A DNA stretch of 64,000 bases from Armatimonadota bacterium (GTDB lineage: Bacteria > Armatimonadota > HRBIN16), in NCBI GenBank assembly GCA_963677485.1, contig OY781964.1:1056001-1120000 (forward strand), read 5' to 3'. Shown piece after piece: positions 1-9,994 of the stretch (position 1 is its first letter; each line of letters opens with the position of its first letter). Under the pieces are notes generated by a model. The model was not told the DNA's origin and searched no databases. It worked only from the letters and a program-made list of their open reading frames with translations. The position numbers and the translations under genes were made by a program.

Positions 1-278
1 TAGGGGTGATATATGACATCTATCACATGTTGAGGATGGGTGATGACGTGCTTCGGGATATCGATGAGAACATGGATGTGATCAAGCACTTCCATCTGGC
101 GGAACCGCCTGGCCGGACGCTGCCGTGCAACCATCGCAATGTGGACTACGCGGAGATCATCAGCCTGGCCGTTGAATCTGGTTACGACGGATATTGGGGG
201 TTGGAGTTCGTGCCCGGAGAGCACCGTTTTGATGAGATCGCGGCATCTGTGCGGATGCTCAACGGCCAGGAAGCATGA
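1..278 (+). CDS. C-terminal part of sugar-phosphate isomerase/epimerase (hydroxypyruvate isomerase-like TIM barrel), truncated by window edge
   Basis: Motifs YDIYH, HFHLAE.PGR..P, GYDGYWGLEF. Confidence 0.75.
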   Translation, partial: GVIYDIYHMLRMGDDVLRDIDENMDVIKHFHLAEPPGRTLPCNHRNVDYAEIISLAVESGYDGYWGLEFVPGEHRFDEIAASVRMLNGQEA

Positions 279-314
279 GTAGCCTCACCCGGCACCGCAG
301 GTGACGGCGTAGCG

Positions 315-752
315 AGGCTTCGCGTGAGACCCTTCCCCATACGTGTCCATTTGTGTCCATTCGTGGTTAAGGAATTGTCTGAACCACGGATTACACGGAT
401 GGCACGGATAGGTTCGGATGGGAAGGGAGGCCAATCGGGAGATTGGCGTTCCCAGGAGAAATCCCCTTTGCGTCTTCGCGTCTTCGCGTGAGACCCTTCC
501 CTATTCGCGTTCATTCGTGTTCATCCGTGGTTAAGGAATTCCCTCGTGTCGATATCCGTCCGCCTTGGAGAAAGACCGGCGCGGTCTTAAGCCTTGAGCT
601 GCCGCTAGCGTACTGTCAGACCGCCCCCGGACATAGCCAATTAGGCTGCTCGCCCTTCGCGTCTTCGCGTGAGACATCTCCCTATTCGTGTCTATTTGTG
701 TCCATTCGTGGTTCAGACAATCTGCGTCATCTGTGTCATCTGTGGATGATCC
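315..752. repeat. Cluster of short intergenic repeat modules
   Basis: ATTCGTG(T)CCATTCGTGGTT, TTCGCGTCTTCGCGTGAGA, ATCTGCGTCATCTGTGTCATCTGTGGAT and AGACCGGCGCGGT..CAGACCGCCCCGGACATAGCCAAT units; these recur near 10.0, 43.3, 47.2, 50.2 and 57.4 kb. Confidence 0.85.
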
Positions 753-763
753 AACCCAAACAG

Positions 764-3520
764 CTACTCGGCCAGGCTAAACGCCATGCGGGCGATCAGC
801 TCGCACAGTCTGCGCAGCGACTCCACAGCCACACGCTCATCGGGACCGTGGTAGGGGCCATCTCCCGCGAAATGGCTGCCCACCGCCACCAGGTTGGGTG
901 CCACACGGGCGTAAGTGCCTCCGCCGATCGCCTGCGGCGGTGTCTGGTCACCGGTGACCTCGCGATAGGCCTGCAGCAGCTTCTGCACGAATTCGATTTC
1001 CTGGGGCACGTAAAGCGGCGGCTGAATGGTGTAGCTGGAGAGCGTCAACCCCAGCTTCTCCAGCAGCTCCTGCTGAGTCTGCACCGTCTGTTCACAGTCG
1101 ATGGTCACCGGGCAGCGCTGGTTGATGCTGGCGTTCATCTCGCAGCCATCGAAGGCGAACACCCCCATGTTGCTGGTCAGGTGGCCGCTGACTTCATCGC
1201 TGAGGGACACGCCGTAGGCACCTCCGTCCAGCGACTCCGCCAACTCCGTCACGGGCGACAGCCAGGGATAGTTTTCCTTGAAACCGGCGTCCGCCAGTGT
1301 CCTAAGCAATAGTGCCACGGCGTTGGTGCCCAGCTCAGGTGTAGCGCCGTGCGACGAGGCCCCCTTGATGCTGACCAGCAACCCATCGGTCTGCTTCTCG
1401 ATGCTCAGCCGGTCGGTATCCGGACAGGCCTTGGTGATCTCGTCTGTCGTGACCCCGCTGAGCAGTGCCTGCGCCAGGTCGGGAACCATGTTGGCGCGCT
1501 GACCACCCTCCGCCCATCGGATGATAGCACCTGAGGCGGGTTCCGACTGCTTCGCGTTGACGTGCAGGTTGATGATGCCCTTCTCGGCGAAAATCAGCGG
1601 CCAGTCACCATCCGGGCTAAAGCCGCAGACCGGCCGCTCGGTCTCGTGCTGCAGGTAGTGCTTCATGCATTCCCAGCCCGACTCCTCATCGCCGCCGATG
1701 ATCATGCGGATGCGGTGCTTGATGGGCAACCCCAGTTCCTTGATGACGCGCATGGCAAACAGACCGGCTATCACCGCCCCTTTGTCGTCCACAGTACCGC
1801 GTCCATACAGGTAGCCGTCGATCAACACTCCCCCAAACGGCTGCTTCGTCCAGGCATCACCGGGCGGGACCACGTCCACATGCGCCAGTATCGCCACGCT
1901 ATCAGCGGCATCACCCATGTCCATGTGCGCGGCATATCCATCAAACCTCTTGGCCGAAAACCCAAAGCTCTCCGCCAATGTGCAGGCGTATTCCATCGCT
2001 TTGCCAATCTCTGTGCCGAAAGGTGCTCCCGGTTGAGCTGCCGATTTTACTGAGGGTATGCTGACGAACTGCTGTAGATGCTGAACGAGTTCCTCGAGAT
2101 GCGTGTCGATCCATTCGGACAATTTTGGTTGCGACATGATGGGCTGATGCTCCTCTATTTGCGGTGTTGCGATGATTTCGGGTGTCGGCGCCGTCGGTGG
2201 ATGTACGGGACTGAGTGCCTGCATCCGTTCCGCGATTTTGGCCTCCCAACCCTGGTTTGTGGGCTCGTAGTAAGGTGTCTGCCAGTTTCCGTCCGGCAGG
2301 TATTGCTGAGCCACCCAGTGGCCAGGACAGTCGTGAGGGTAGACATAATCGCGGCCGTGGCCCATCTTTTTGGCGCCACTGTATCCGGTGCTCTTCAGAT
2401 GCAGAGGCACCGCGGCGGCTGGTTGAGCATCCAGGTCGGCCATGGCCTTATCGATGGCCAGATAGGCCGCGTTGCTTTTTGGCGCGGTAGCCAGGTAGGT
2501 GACGGCCTGCGCCAGGATGATCCGCCCCTCGGGCATCCCGATCATCTCCACAGCCTGCATTGCGGCGACCGCCACAGAGATGCCGCGCGGGTCAGCGTTG
2601 CCGATGTCCTCCGAGGCCAAAATGATCAAACGGCGGGCAATGAACCGCGGGTCTTCCCCCGCTTTCAACATCCGCGCGAGGTAGTGCAGCGCGGCATCGG
2701 GGTCGGAGCCCCTTACGGACTTAATGAACGCCGAGATGGTGTGGTAGTGCTCATCACCCTCGCGGTCATACCGGATATTGCGCTGCTGCAGCACGCTCTG
2801 CATCTCGTCGATACCTAGATGGCGGACGCCGTCGGCTTGGGGTTTCGTGAGCGTGACGGCCGACTCCAGCGTGTTCAGCATCGCGCGGGCATCGCCCGCT
2901 GCAAACCGGATCAGCAGCTCCTCCGCCTTGGGGTCGATGGTCGCAGGGATGTTGCCCAGACCATGCTGAGTGTCAGTCAGTGCCCGGTGCATCAGAGTGC
3001 TGAGGTGCTCCACCGTCAGCTCCTCGAACTGCACCACTCGGCTGCGGCTGAGCAGCGGCGAGATGACCGAAAAATAGGGGTTCTCGGTGGTGGCACCCAG
3101 CAGCGTGATAGTGCCCTCCTCCACATGCGGCAGGAAGGCGTCTTGCTGAGCTTTATTAAACCGGTGGATTTCATCGATGAATAGGATGGTCCGCTTACCG
3201 TAGAACTGCTGGTCCTGCCTGGCCTCCTCCATCGCCTTCCGTACTTCCACGATGCCGCTGGTGACGGCACTGAACTCCACGAAGCGGCTTTGGGTTCGTG
3301 CGGCAATGATGCGGGCGAGGGTGCTCTTACCGCAGCCGGGCGGTCCCCAGAAGATGACCGAACCCAGCCGGTCGGCTTCCAGCTCTTTACGCAGCACAGA
3401 CTTCGGACCCAGAATCTGCTCCTGCCCCACAAACTCGTCCAAGTTCGTAGGCCGCATCCGGGCTGCCAGCGGCGCGTTGGCTGATATCTCCTGCGAGGAG
3501 GCGGAGTCAAATAGTCCCAT
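764..3520 (-). CDS. rarA: Fusion ORF: RarA/MgsA AAA+ ATPase (N-terminal ~435 aa) plus M20 family Sapep/PepV-like dipeptidase
   Basis: PLAARMRP, Walker A GPPGCGKS, FIDEIHRF, GATTENP, SEDIGNAD; then AHVDVVP, GRGTVDDKG, GDEESG, GGGTYAR, HGPDE. Confidence 0.9.
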   Translation of the reverse strand: MGLFDSASSQEISANAPLAARMRPTNLDEFVGQEQILGPKSVLRKELEADRLGSVIFWGPPGCGKSTLARIIAARTQSRFVEFSAVTSGIVEVRKAMEEARQDQQFYGKRTILFIDEIHRFNKAQQDAFLPHVEEGTITLLGATTENPYFSVISPLLSRSRVVQFEELTVEHLSTLMHRALTDTQHGLGNIPATIDPKAEELLIRFAAGDARAMLNTLESAVTLTKPQADGVRHLGIDEMQSVLQQRNIRYDREGDEHYHTISAFIKSVRGSDPDAALHYLARMLKAGEDPRFIARRLIILASEDIGNADPRGISVAVAAMQAVEMIGMPEGRIILAQAVTYLATAPKSNAAYLAIDKAMADLDAQPAAAVPLHLKSTGYSGAKKMGHGRDYVYPHDCPGHWVAQQYLPDGNWQTPYYEPTNQGWEAKIAERMQALSPVHPPTAPTPEIIATPQIEEHQPIMSQPKLSEWIDTHLEELVQHLQQFVSIPSVKSAAQPGAPFGTEIGKAMEYACTLAESFGFSAKRFDGYAAHMDMGDAADSVAILAHVDVVPPGDAWTKQPFGGVLIDGYLYGRGTVDDKGAVIAGLFAMRVIKELGLPIKHRIRMIIGGDEESGWECMKHYLQHETERPVCGFSPDGDWPLIFAEKGIINLHVNAKQSEPASGAIIRWAEGGQRANMVPDLAQALLSGVTTDEITKACPDTDRLSIEKQTDGLLVSIKGASSHGATPELGTNAVALLLRTLADAGFKENYPWLSPVTELAESLDGGAYGVSLSDEVSGHLTSNMGVFAFDGCEMNASINQRCPVTIDCEQTVQTQQELLEKLGLTLSSYTIQPPLYVPQEIEFVQKLLQAYREVTGDQTPPQAIGGGTYARVAPNLVAVGSHFAGDGPYHGPDERVAVESLRRLCELIARMAFSLAE

Positions 3521-3559
3521 CAGGCGTCGACCTTTGACAATTTGACCGGCAGAAGTAAC

Positions 3560-4444
3560 TTATTCATGAGATACAGGATAGACCTTCATAGAGGGCAGTG
3601 TGAAACATGCCTGAACGCCACCTAGTGGGCTGTCCTCAAACCACACCTGGCCATTATGAATGTTCACGATCTTCTTCACAATAGTCAAACCAACACCAGA
3701 GCTTGATGGATCCTGCTTAGTACGCACCGTCTGAAAAAGGTCAAACACCAGGTCACGGTCGTTCGACGGGATCCCCACCCCATTATCATACACGCAGAAT
3801 ACCCAACCGTCATCTCTTTCTTTCACGCAGACATGCGCCTCCGGATACTCGCTTTGGTTGTATCTCATTGAGTTATCCAGCAGGCACGACAGAATGTGAG
3901 ATAGGTGGCTAGGTTCGCCATCAATCAGCGGAAGGGGCTCATCGGCGATGATCTGCGCCTTCTCATTGTGGCTCACATCCTCTGCAACCTGCCGGATCAT
4001 CGGCTCCAGCGTGATAAGCCCGCATTGCCCCTTGCCTCTACCTGCGCGCCAGAAGCGTAATGCGCCGTCTATCAACGAGTTCATCCGCAAGACCCGGTCG
4101 TTCAGCATCGCCAGTTTATCACAGCCGGCTTTATCAAGTGAGTTGCTGTAGTCGGAGACGATCCACTGAGATAACGAGGATATCCCTCGTAACGGGGTTT
4201 TTAAGTCATGCGCGACCACATAAGCGAAAGCATCGAGCTCCGTGCGTAAGGATGCTTGCTTTTCAAGTGACTGCTCCAGTTGTGACTGGGTGGCGCCCAA
4301 CCGACTGACAAGTGTGTTGATGCGTTGAATGACCGCAGTCCATTCGTCATCCATTCCATCGGTGCTGAGCTCAACGGATGTTTCAGGCTTGTCGATGGAT
4401 GCTATGATCTGGTCCAGTTGCAGTAATAGCTCTTGTGGCAGCAT
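3560..4444 (-). CDS. Soluble sensor histidine kinase (HisKA + HATPase), no obvious sensor domain
   Basis: H-box FAYVVAHDLKTPL, LLDNSMRY, DNGVGI, GVGLTIVKKIV. Confidence 0.9.
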   Translation of the reverse strand: MLPQELLLQLDQIIASIDKPETSVELSTDGMDDEWTAVIQRINTLVSRLGATQSQLEQSLEKQASLRTELDAFAYVVAHDLKTPLRGISSLSQWIVSDYSNSLDKAGCDKLAMLNDRVLRMNSLIDGALRFWRAGRGKGQCGLITLEPMIRQVAEDVSHNEKAQIIADEPLPLIDGEPSHLSHILSCLLDNSMRYNQSEYPEAHVCVKERDDGWVFCVYDNGVGIPSNDRDLVFDLFQTVRTKQDPSSSGVGLTIVKKIVNIHNGQVWFEDSPLGGVQACFTLPSMKVYPVSHE

Positions 4445-4464
4445 GGGTTGCCCTTTCAGGCGGG

Positions 4465-5325
4465 TTAATGAGATGAGTATATCACGATATTATCTATGAG
4501 CCGAGTCTTTCCCACTCGGCAAGCCACACAGATCACCGCCCCTTGTGAGAAGCTGTCTATCGGTGTCAGCATCTCAGGATGGCAGATGGTGACATAATCG
4601 ATGCTGACGACCCCAGGTTCGCTTTTAATCACATTCTGCACGTCTGCACGAAGCTGTTCAGGATCGGTCTCTGGATTAGCTTCTGCTCGATCTTTCGCTT
4701 GAGCCAATGCCCAGGAGATCACTAATGCGGTCTCTTTCTGCTCATCGCTCAGATAGGTGTTCCGGGAGCTCATCGCCAGCCCCTGCTGTTCCCTGACGGT
4801 TGGGCAAGCTACCACATCCACCTGCATGTTGAGGTCGGCGACCATCCGCTGAATCACTTTCAACTGCTGGTAGTCTTTCATGCCAAAGAAGGCTTTATCG
4901 GGCTGCACGATGTTGAACAACTTGCACACGACTGACGCCACTCCTGAAAAATGCGAGGGTCGGAATATCCCTTCCATCGGCATGCTGACCGTGTCGACTG
5001 TGACGGTGGTTTGGTAGCCCGCAGGGTATATCTCAGCCGCAGCGGGGGCAAACATCAAGTCCACGCCCACGCCTTCCGCCATCTGGCAGTCGTGGTCGAA
5101 GTCACGCGGATAGGCCGTGAGATCCTCTGAGGGAGCAAACTGTGTGGGGTTGACAAACAGCGAGACCACCACCAGATCGCACTGCTCACCTGCCTGACGC
5201 ATCAGCGAGAGGTGCCCCTCGTGGAAGTAGCCCATGGTGGGCACAAACCCGACGGTGAGTGACTTACTGCGGGCATCGCGCACAAACGCGCGTACCTCCT
5301 CTATGGTTCTGGCGATCTGCATCAT
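4465..5325 (-). CDS. panC: Pantoate--beta-alanine ligase
   Basis: VPTMGYFHEGH, FVNPTQF, FGMKDYQQ, GLAMSSRN, RLIDN. Confidence 0.97.
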   Translation of the reverse strand: MMQIARTIEEVRAFVRDARSKSLTVGFVPTMGYFHEGHLSLMRQAGEQCDLVVVSLFVNPTQFAPSEDLTAYPRDFDHDCQMAEGVGVDLMFAPAAAEIYPAGYQTTVTVDTVSMPMEGIFRPSHFSGVASVVCKLFNIVQPDKAFFGMKDYQQLKVIQRMVADLNMQVDVVACPTVREQQGLAMSSRNTYLSDEQKETALVISWALAQAKDRAEANPETDPEQLRADVQNVIKSEPGVVSIDYVTICHPEMLTPIDSFSQGAVICVACRVGKTRLIDNIVIYSSH

Positions 5326-6143
5326 TAGAACTCATTCTCCTCGGTAGGAAACTCGCCGGTTGTGACTTCCTGCACATATCGACCGATAGCTTCAACCATC
5401 AAGCTGCGGCCCTCGATATAGCGTTTGGCATGTTTGCGCGTTTTGGCGGGGCCAAAGCCAAGCATATCGTGAAGCACCTGCACCTGACCATCGCAGCCGC
5501 GTCCGGCACCGATGCCGATGGTGGGGATGCTCAAGCTGGCGGTGATTTCGGCAGCGAGTGCGGCCGGGATCAGCTCCAGCACCACCGCGAAGGCACCCGC
5601 TTGCTGCACCGCCAGGGCATCCTGTCGGAGCTGCTCCGCTTGCTGATCGGGAACCCCCTGCACGCGGTTGCCGCCGAAGCTATTGACGCTTTGAGGAGTC
5701 ATGCCGATATGGGCACACACAGGGATCCCCGCCTGAGTGATCTTGTATATGGCCTCGGCGCAGCGAACCCCGCCCTCCAGCTTCACGGTTTCGCAGCCGC
5801 TTTGCTGTATCAACAAGCCGGCGTTGGTGAGTGCCTGCTCCGCACTGAGCTGATAGCTCATGAAGGGCATGTCCAAGATGGTCAGTGCCTTTGGTTTGGC
5901 GCGGGCCACGGCTGCACCGTGCCTGACCATATCTTCCAGCGTCACCGGAATGGTGGTGCGATGTCCTAAAACCACCATGCCCAGAGAATCACCGATCAGA
6001 ATCGAGTCAACACCCGCCTCATCGGCCCAGCGAGCCGCTTCGAAGTCGTAGGCTGTGAGCATGGCGATGGGACGTTGGCCCTTTAGTGCCATGAACTCCG
6101 GCACGCGGATCAGTTTACGTGGTGGAAGCTGGTTGCCCATCAT
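5325..6143 (-). CDS. panB: 3-methyl-2-oxobutanoate hydroxymethyltransferase
   Basis: MLTAYD, LIGDSLGM, DMPFMSY, VKLEGG, IGIGAG..CDGQV; start moved to ATG 6143/6140 after GAGGT RBS. Confidence 0.95.
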   Translation of the reverse strand: MMGNQLPPRKLIRVPEFMALKGQRPIAMLTAYDFEAARWADEAGVDSILIGDSLGMVVLGHRTTIPVTLEDMVRHGAAVARAKPKALTILDMPFMSYQLSAEQALTNAGLLIQQSGCETVKLEGGVRCAEAIYKITQAGIPVCAHIGMTPQSVNSFGGNRVQGVPDQQAEQLRQDALAVQQAGAFAVVLELIPAALAAEITASLSIPTIGIGAGRGCDGQVQVLHDMLGFGPAKTRKHAKRYIEGRSLMVEAIGRYVQEVTTGEFPTEENEF

Positions 6144-7581
6144 TAACCTCATTTCCAGGGCTGAGCCCGATGAAAGCGCCGATTCGACCGGCTTGAGTGC
6201 GCCCCTGCGTGATGCAGTCAGGGACACCGATGCCGCGATACGCCGCTCCCGCCAGGAATAACCCTTCCAGCTTGGATAACTCTTGATCTATACAGTCCAT
6301 TTTATCAAGGTGACCCACATCGTATTGCGGTGTGGCTTGAATCCAGCGATGGCATCGTCCGAAAATAGGTTCTGCATTGATGCCCATTAGCATGCGGGCC
6401 TCCTGGTGGGTCATGCCCATCAAGCTCGCTTCGTCCTCTTCGCGCACGAGGTGGTCTTGTTTGGCATACCCAATGAAGAAGCGGAACAGGGCGACGTCAT
6501 CGGGTGCGCGGTTTGGCCACTTGGAATGGCTGTAGGTGCAGCCGGTGATGAATGTGCTTTCGGAGTGCGGTACGAGATATCCGCTCGCATTTTCGGCAAA
6601 AGCGGCGGCCTCACGAGGGTAAGCGAGGGAGACCACTGCGGTGGAGGCGTAGTTGATGCCGTTCAACTGCGAGGCCAGACACTCAGAGCTCGAGTGCAGC
6701 AGGGCGGCGGCCACATAAGCCGGTGTGCAGAGCAGCACAGCATCCGCTGCAATCTCCGTCGACGGTTGTGTTTCCGATGGTTCTGTGCCGATCAGCCACT
6801 TGTGGCCTTCGTGCTTGATTGCGATCACTTTCGCGCGAGTGAATAGCTCCACACCGGTGAGCTTTTCCTGCAGCGTGCTGATCAGACTGCCCATGCCGTT
6901 GCGAAAAGTCTGGAATGGGGCCATCGGTTTATGCGCGCTCGTTGCCATCTTGACACGCCGCTGCATGATGGCGCGGGTCATGCTGCCCTGCTCGGTGACC
7001 ATCTTCCAGTAGGTGGGGTAGATAGCAGCCACGCTCATATTGTGAGGGTCGCCATTATGCACCCCGGCCATCATGGGGGCCGCGAACCGCTGGGTGAACT
7101 CATCGCCGAACCGGCTTGAGAGGAAGTCATACAGCGACTGGTCCTTCAGTGTGGCATCATGCTTGACTGTGCCCTCAACGCTGGCGCGAAATTTGCCTTT
7201 GAAGCTCAGGAAACTGGCTTTCCACAGAGCCTCCGGCTTTGTGGGCACTAGCGTAACCAGCTCATATGGCACTTCATGCAGTTTGGATTTCAACATCATA
7301 TAAAATCGGCGCACCAGAGGCGCGGTCAGATCGGGTTCCAGCCCCAGTTCGCGGGCCAGGTTGATGCAGCCAGGCTTTTGGGCCATGAAGCTGTCGGGGC
7401 CAGTTTCAATCAGGCAGCCGTTCGTGTGTTCCGTGCCCACTTTGCCGCCGAACCGTTCGGAACGTTCTAGCAGCACGATGCGCAGCGGGTTTCCTGTTTG
7501 CTCTGACAGCTTCTGCAGCTCGTAGGCCGCACTTAAGCCGGTGATGCCTCCGCCCACGATGGCGACTGTTCGTTTCTCCAT
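6115..7581 (-). CDS. hemG: Protoporphyrinogen/coproporphyrinogen oxidase (HemY/HemG)
   Basis: FAD motif IVGGGITGL, ETGPDSF, PQYDVGH, YRGIGVPDCI; lies downstream of hemE. Confidence 0.93.
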   Translation of the reverse strand: MEKRTVAIVGGGITGLSAAYELQKLSEQTGNPLRIVLLERSERFGGKVGTEHTNGCLIETGPDSFMAQKPGCINLARELGLEPDLTAPLVRRFYMMLKSKLHEVPYELVTLVPTKPEALWKASFLSFKGKFRASVEGTVKHDATLKDQSLYDFLSSRFGDEFTQRFAAPMMAGVHNGDPHNMSVAAIYPTYWKMVTEQGSMTRAIMQRRVKMATSAHKPMAPFQTFRNGMGSLISTLQEKLTGVELFTRAKVIAIKHEGHKWLIGTEPSETQPSTEIAADAVLLCTPAYVAAALLHSSSECLASQLNGINYASTAVVSLAYPREAAAFAENASGYLVPHSESTFITGCTYSHSKWPNRAPDDVALFRFFIGYAKQDHLVREEDEASLMGMTHQEARMLMGINAEPIFGRCHRWIQATPQYDVGHLDKMDCIDQELSKLEGLFLAGAAYRGIGVPDCITQGRTQAGRIGAFIGLSPGNEVNDGQPASTT

Positions 7582-8616
7582 CTAGCGGCGGCTCCGATCA
7601 TGAACGAAATCCACCAGGCTGGTCAGCACGTCTGGGTCCGTAGAAGGCATGATGCCGTGCCCGAGGTTGAAGATGTGACCGGGTAACTCAGAGGCTTCGT
7701 CCAGCACGATCTGTGCCTGCTGCAGGCAGACATCCGTTCCCGCCAACAGCGCGGTGGGGTCGAGGTTGCCTTGCAGCGCGAACTCTGGGCCCAACTGCTG
7801 ATGCGCCTGAGAGAGCGGTATCCGCCAGTCCACGCCCAGCACATCCGCGCCGATCTCGCGCAGGCAGGGATATAGGTGCGAGGCCCCCACGGCGAAATAG
7901 ATTACCGGCACACCGGTTTGCTTCAAGCACTTCACGATTCGCTGCAGCCAGGGTAGAGCGTGTTGCCGGTAAGTGGCTACGCTGAGCGCACCTGCCCAAC
8001 TGTCAAACAACTGAACCGCGGAGGCACCTGCTTTGATCTGCGCCAGCAAGCAACTGCAGATGCTCCGCTCGAGGTAGTCCATCAGCGTAGCCCATAACTC
8101 AGGATCGGCTTGTATCATCGTGCGAGTTTTCGCATAGTCGCGGCTAGACTTGCCCTCTATCATGTAACTCGCCATGGTGAACGGTGCCCCGCAGAAGCCG
8201 ATGAGCGGAACCTCCAACTGCTTAGTGAGCCGCTGGACACTCTCGGTGACAAACGGCAGTGCCTGCTCTGCTTCGAACGGGATCAACCGCTCCACGTCCG
8301 TGCGGTTGGAGATCGGCTGAGTAATGACCGGCCCCACGCCCTCTTTGAACTCAAATTCCACACCTATCGCCAGATAAGGAACCGTGAGGTCGCTGAACAG
8401 AATGGCTGCGTCCATGTCAAACCGGCGGACCGGCATCAGCGTAATCTCAGTCGCCAGCTCGGGGGTGGTGCAGCATTCTACCATCGTGTGGCCCTTGCGC
8501 AGCTCGCGATACTCCGGCAGGAAGCGGCCCGCCTGGCGCATCACCCAGATAGGGGTGCAGTCCACGGGCTGTTTTCGGCAGGCATTCAAGAAGCGTTCTC
8601 GGACAGGGGCCATCAA
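7582..8616 (-). CDS. hemE: Uroporphyrinogen decarboxylase
   Basis: PIWVMRQAGR, AAILFSD, QLFDSW, LQGNLDP, IFNLGHG. Confidence 0.97.
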   Translation of the reverse strand: MMAPVRERFLNACRKQPVDCTPIWVMRQAGRFLPEYRELRKGHTMVECCTTPELATEITLMPVRRFDMDAAILFSDLTVPYLAIGVEFEFKEGVGPVITQPISNRTDVERLIPFEAEQALPFVTESVQRLTKQLEVPLIGFCGAPFTMASYMIEGKSSRDYAKTRTMIQADPELWATLMDYLERSICSCLLAQIKAGASAVQLFDSWAGALSVATYRQHALPWLQRIVKCLKQTGVPVIYFAVGASHLYPCLREIGADVLGVDWRIPLSQAHQQLGPEFALQGNLDPTALLAGTDVCLQQAQIVLDEASELPGHIFNLGHGIMPSTDPDVLTSLVDFVHDRSRR

Positions 8617-9899
8617 GCTACCGCCTCTTGAAGTGAGATTCGGAAGGCCTCGATCGTCTTCTGTATGTCATCTGGGGTGTGCGCAGCGCTCACGAACCAG
8701 GATTCCAACGCCGATGGCGGTAGATACACTCCCCGATCAAGCATCCCGTTGAACAGTTTGGCGAATAGTTCGCGGTTGGTGCTCATCGCGCTGTCGGTGT
8801 CGGTGACCGGATTTGGGGTGAAGAAGCAACAAAGCATCGCACCGACCCGGTTGAGCTGCATCGGCACGTTGAGTTCCGCTGCGGCCGCCTTCAGCCCCAC
8901 CTCCAGCATCTGGCAGTTGGCTTCCAGTTGGATATAAAGCTCGGGGGTCAGCAGATTCAACGTGGCCAATCCCGCGGCCATGCCCAGCGGATTTCCTGAG
9001 AGTGTGCCAGCCTGGTAGACCGCGCCGAGTGGTGCTATGTTTTGCATCAAGTCGCGACGACCGCCGTAAGCAGCCACGGGCAGTCCCCCACCCACGATCT
9101 TACCAAGGCAGACGATGTCCGGGGTCACGCCGGTGAGCTCCGTAGCACCGCCTCGCGCCACGCGGAAGCAGTTCATCACTTCGTCAAAAATCAACAGGGC
9201 GCCATATTGTGTACACAGACGGCGCAAGCCCTCAAGGAAGCCAGATGCCGGTGGCACCACGCCCATGTTACCTGCGATGGGCTCCACGATGACTCCCGCA
9301 CTCTGTGCGCCGTGCTTCATGAAGAGCTGCTCCACCTCATACAGGTGGTTGTATCCGGCAAGCAGCGTATTCGCGGTCATCTCAGGCGGTATGCCCGCGC
9401 ATTCCGGCAGGCTGAAGGTGGCGACCCCGCTGCCGGCTTTCGCCAGAAGACTATCCACATGGCCGTGATAACAGCCCTCGAATTTTATGATGTAGGGACG
9501 GTTGGTGGCTCCACGGGCCAGACGCACCGCACTCATCGTGGCCTCCGTGCCGGAGCAGACAAAGCGCATCATTTCAATGTGGGGCATCATCTCTGTGATC
9601 TTCTGCGCCAGCAACAACTCGCCTTCATGAGGTGCGCCGAAGCTCATCGCCTTCTTCGCCATCTCCGTGACAGCCTCAACAACCGCGGGGTGACTATGGC
9701 CCAAAATCATCGGCCCCCAGCTCCCCACATAATCGATATAGCGGTTGCCGTCCACATCGGTGAGGGTGGCACCCGATGCGCTTTCGAACACCACTGGGTC
9801 ACCGCCCACGGCTCGGAACGCGCGCACGGGGCTGTTGACCCCTGCGGGCATGAGCTGCTGAGCGAGTTGGTTGATTACAGTTGATCGGCTGTGATCCAT
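8613..9899 (-). CDS. hemL: Glutamate-1-semialdehyde 2,1-aminomutase
   Basis: GVNSPVRAF, SGTEATMSA, FEGCYHGH, LGKIVGGG, QAGTLSGNP. Confidence 0.97.
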   Translation of the reverse strand: MDHSRSTVINQLAQQLMPAGVNSPVRAFRAVGGDPVVFESASGATLTDVDGNRYIDYVGSWGPMILGHSHPAVVEAVTEMAKKAMSFGAPHEGELLLAQKITEMMPHIEMMRFVCSGTEATMSAVRLARGATNRPYIIKFEGCYHGHVDSLLAKAGSGVATFSLPECAGIPPEMTANTLLAGYNHLYEVEQLFMKHGAQSAGVIVEPIAGNMGVVPPASGFLEGLRRLCTQYGALLIFDEVMNCFRVARGGATELTGVTPDIVCLGKIVGGGLPVAAYGGRRDLMQNIAPLGAVYQAGTLSGNPLGMAAGLATLNLLTPELYIQLEANCQMLEVGLKAAAAELNVPMQLNRVGAMLCCFFTPNPVTDTDSAMSTNRELFAKLFNGMLDRGVYLPPSALESWFVSAAHTPDDIQKTIEAFRISLQEAVA

Positions 9900-9994
9900 G
9901 TGGCCTCCAGCGGTTTGACGCTTGTGGTGATGTTTATACCTATCTGTATTCTACCGCTTTTGGCTGTGACGGCGTTTTAACGCTGGTCTGTACT

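Noticed and set aside
182-1312. ORFs 182-514 (-) and 443-1312 (+)
   Set aside because: Translations of repeat DNA and the antisense of the peptidase gene.
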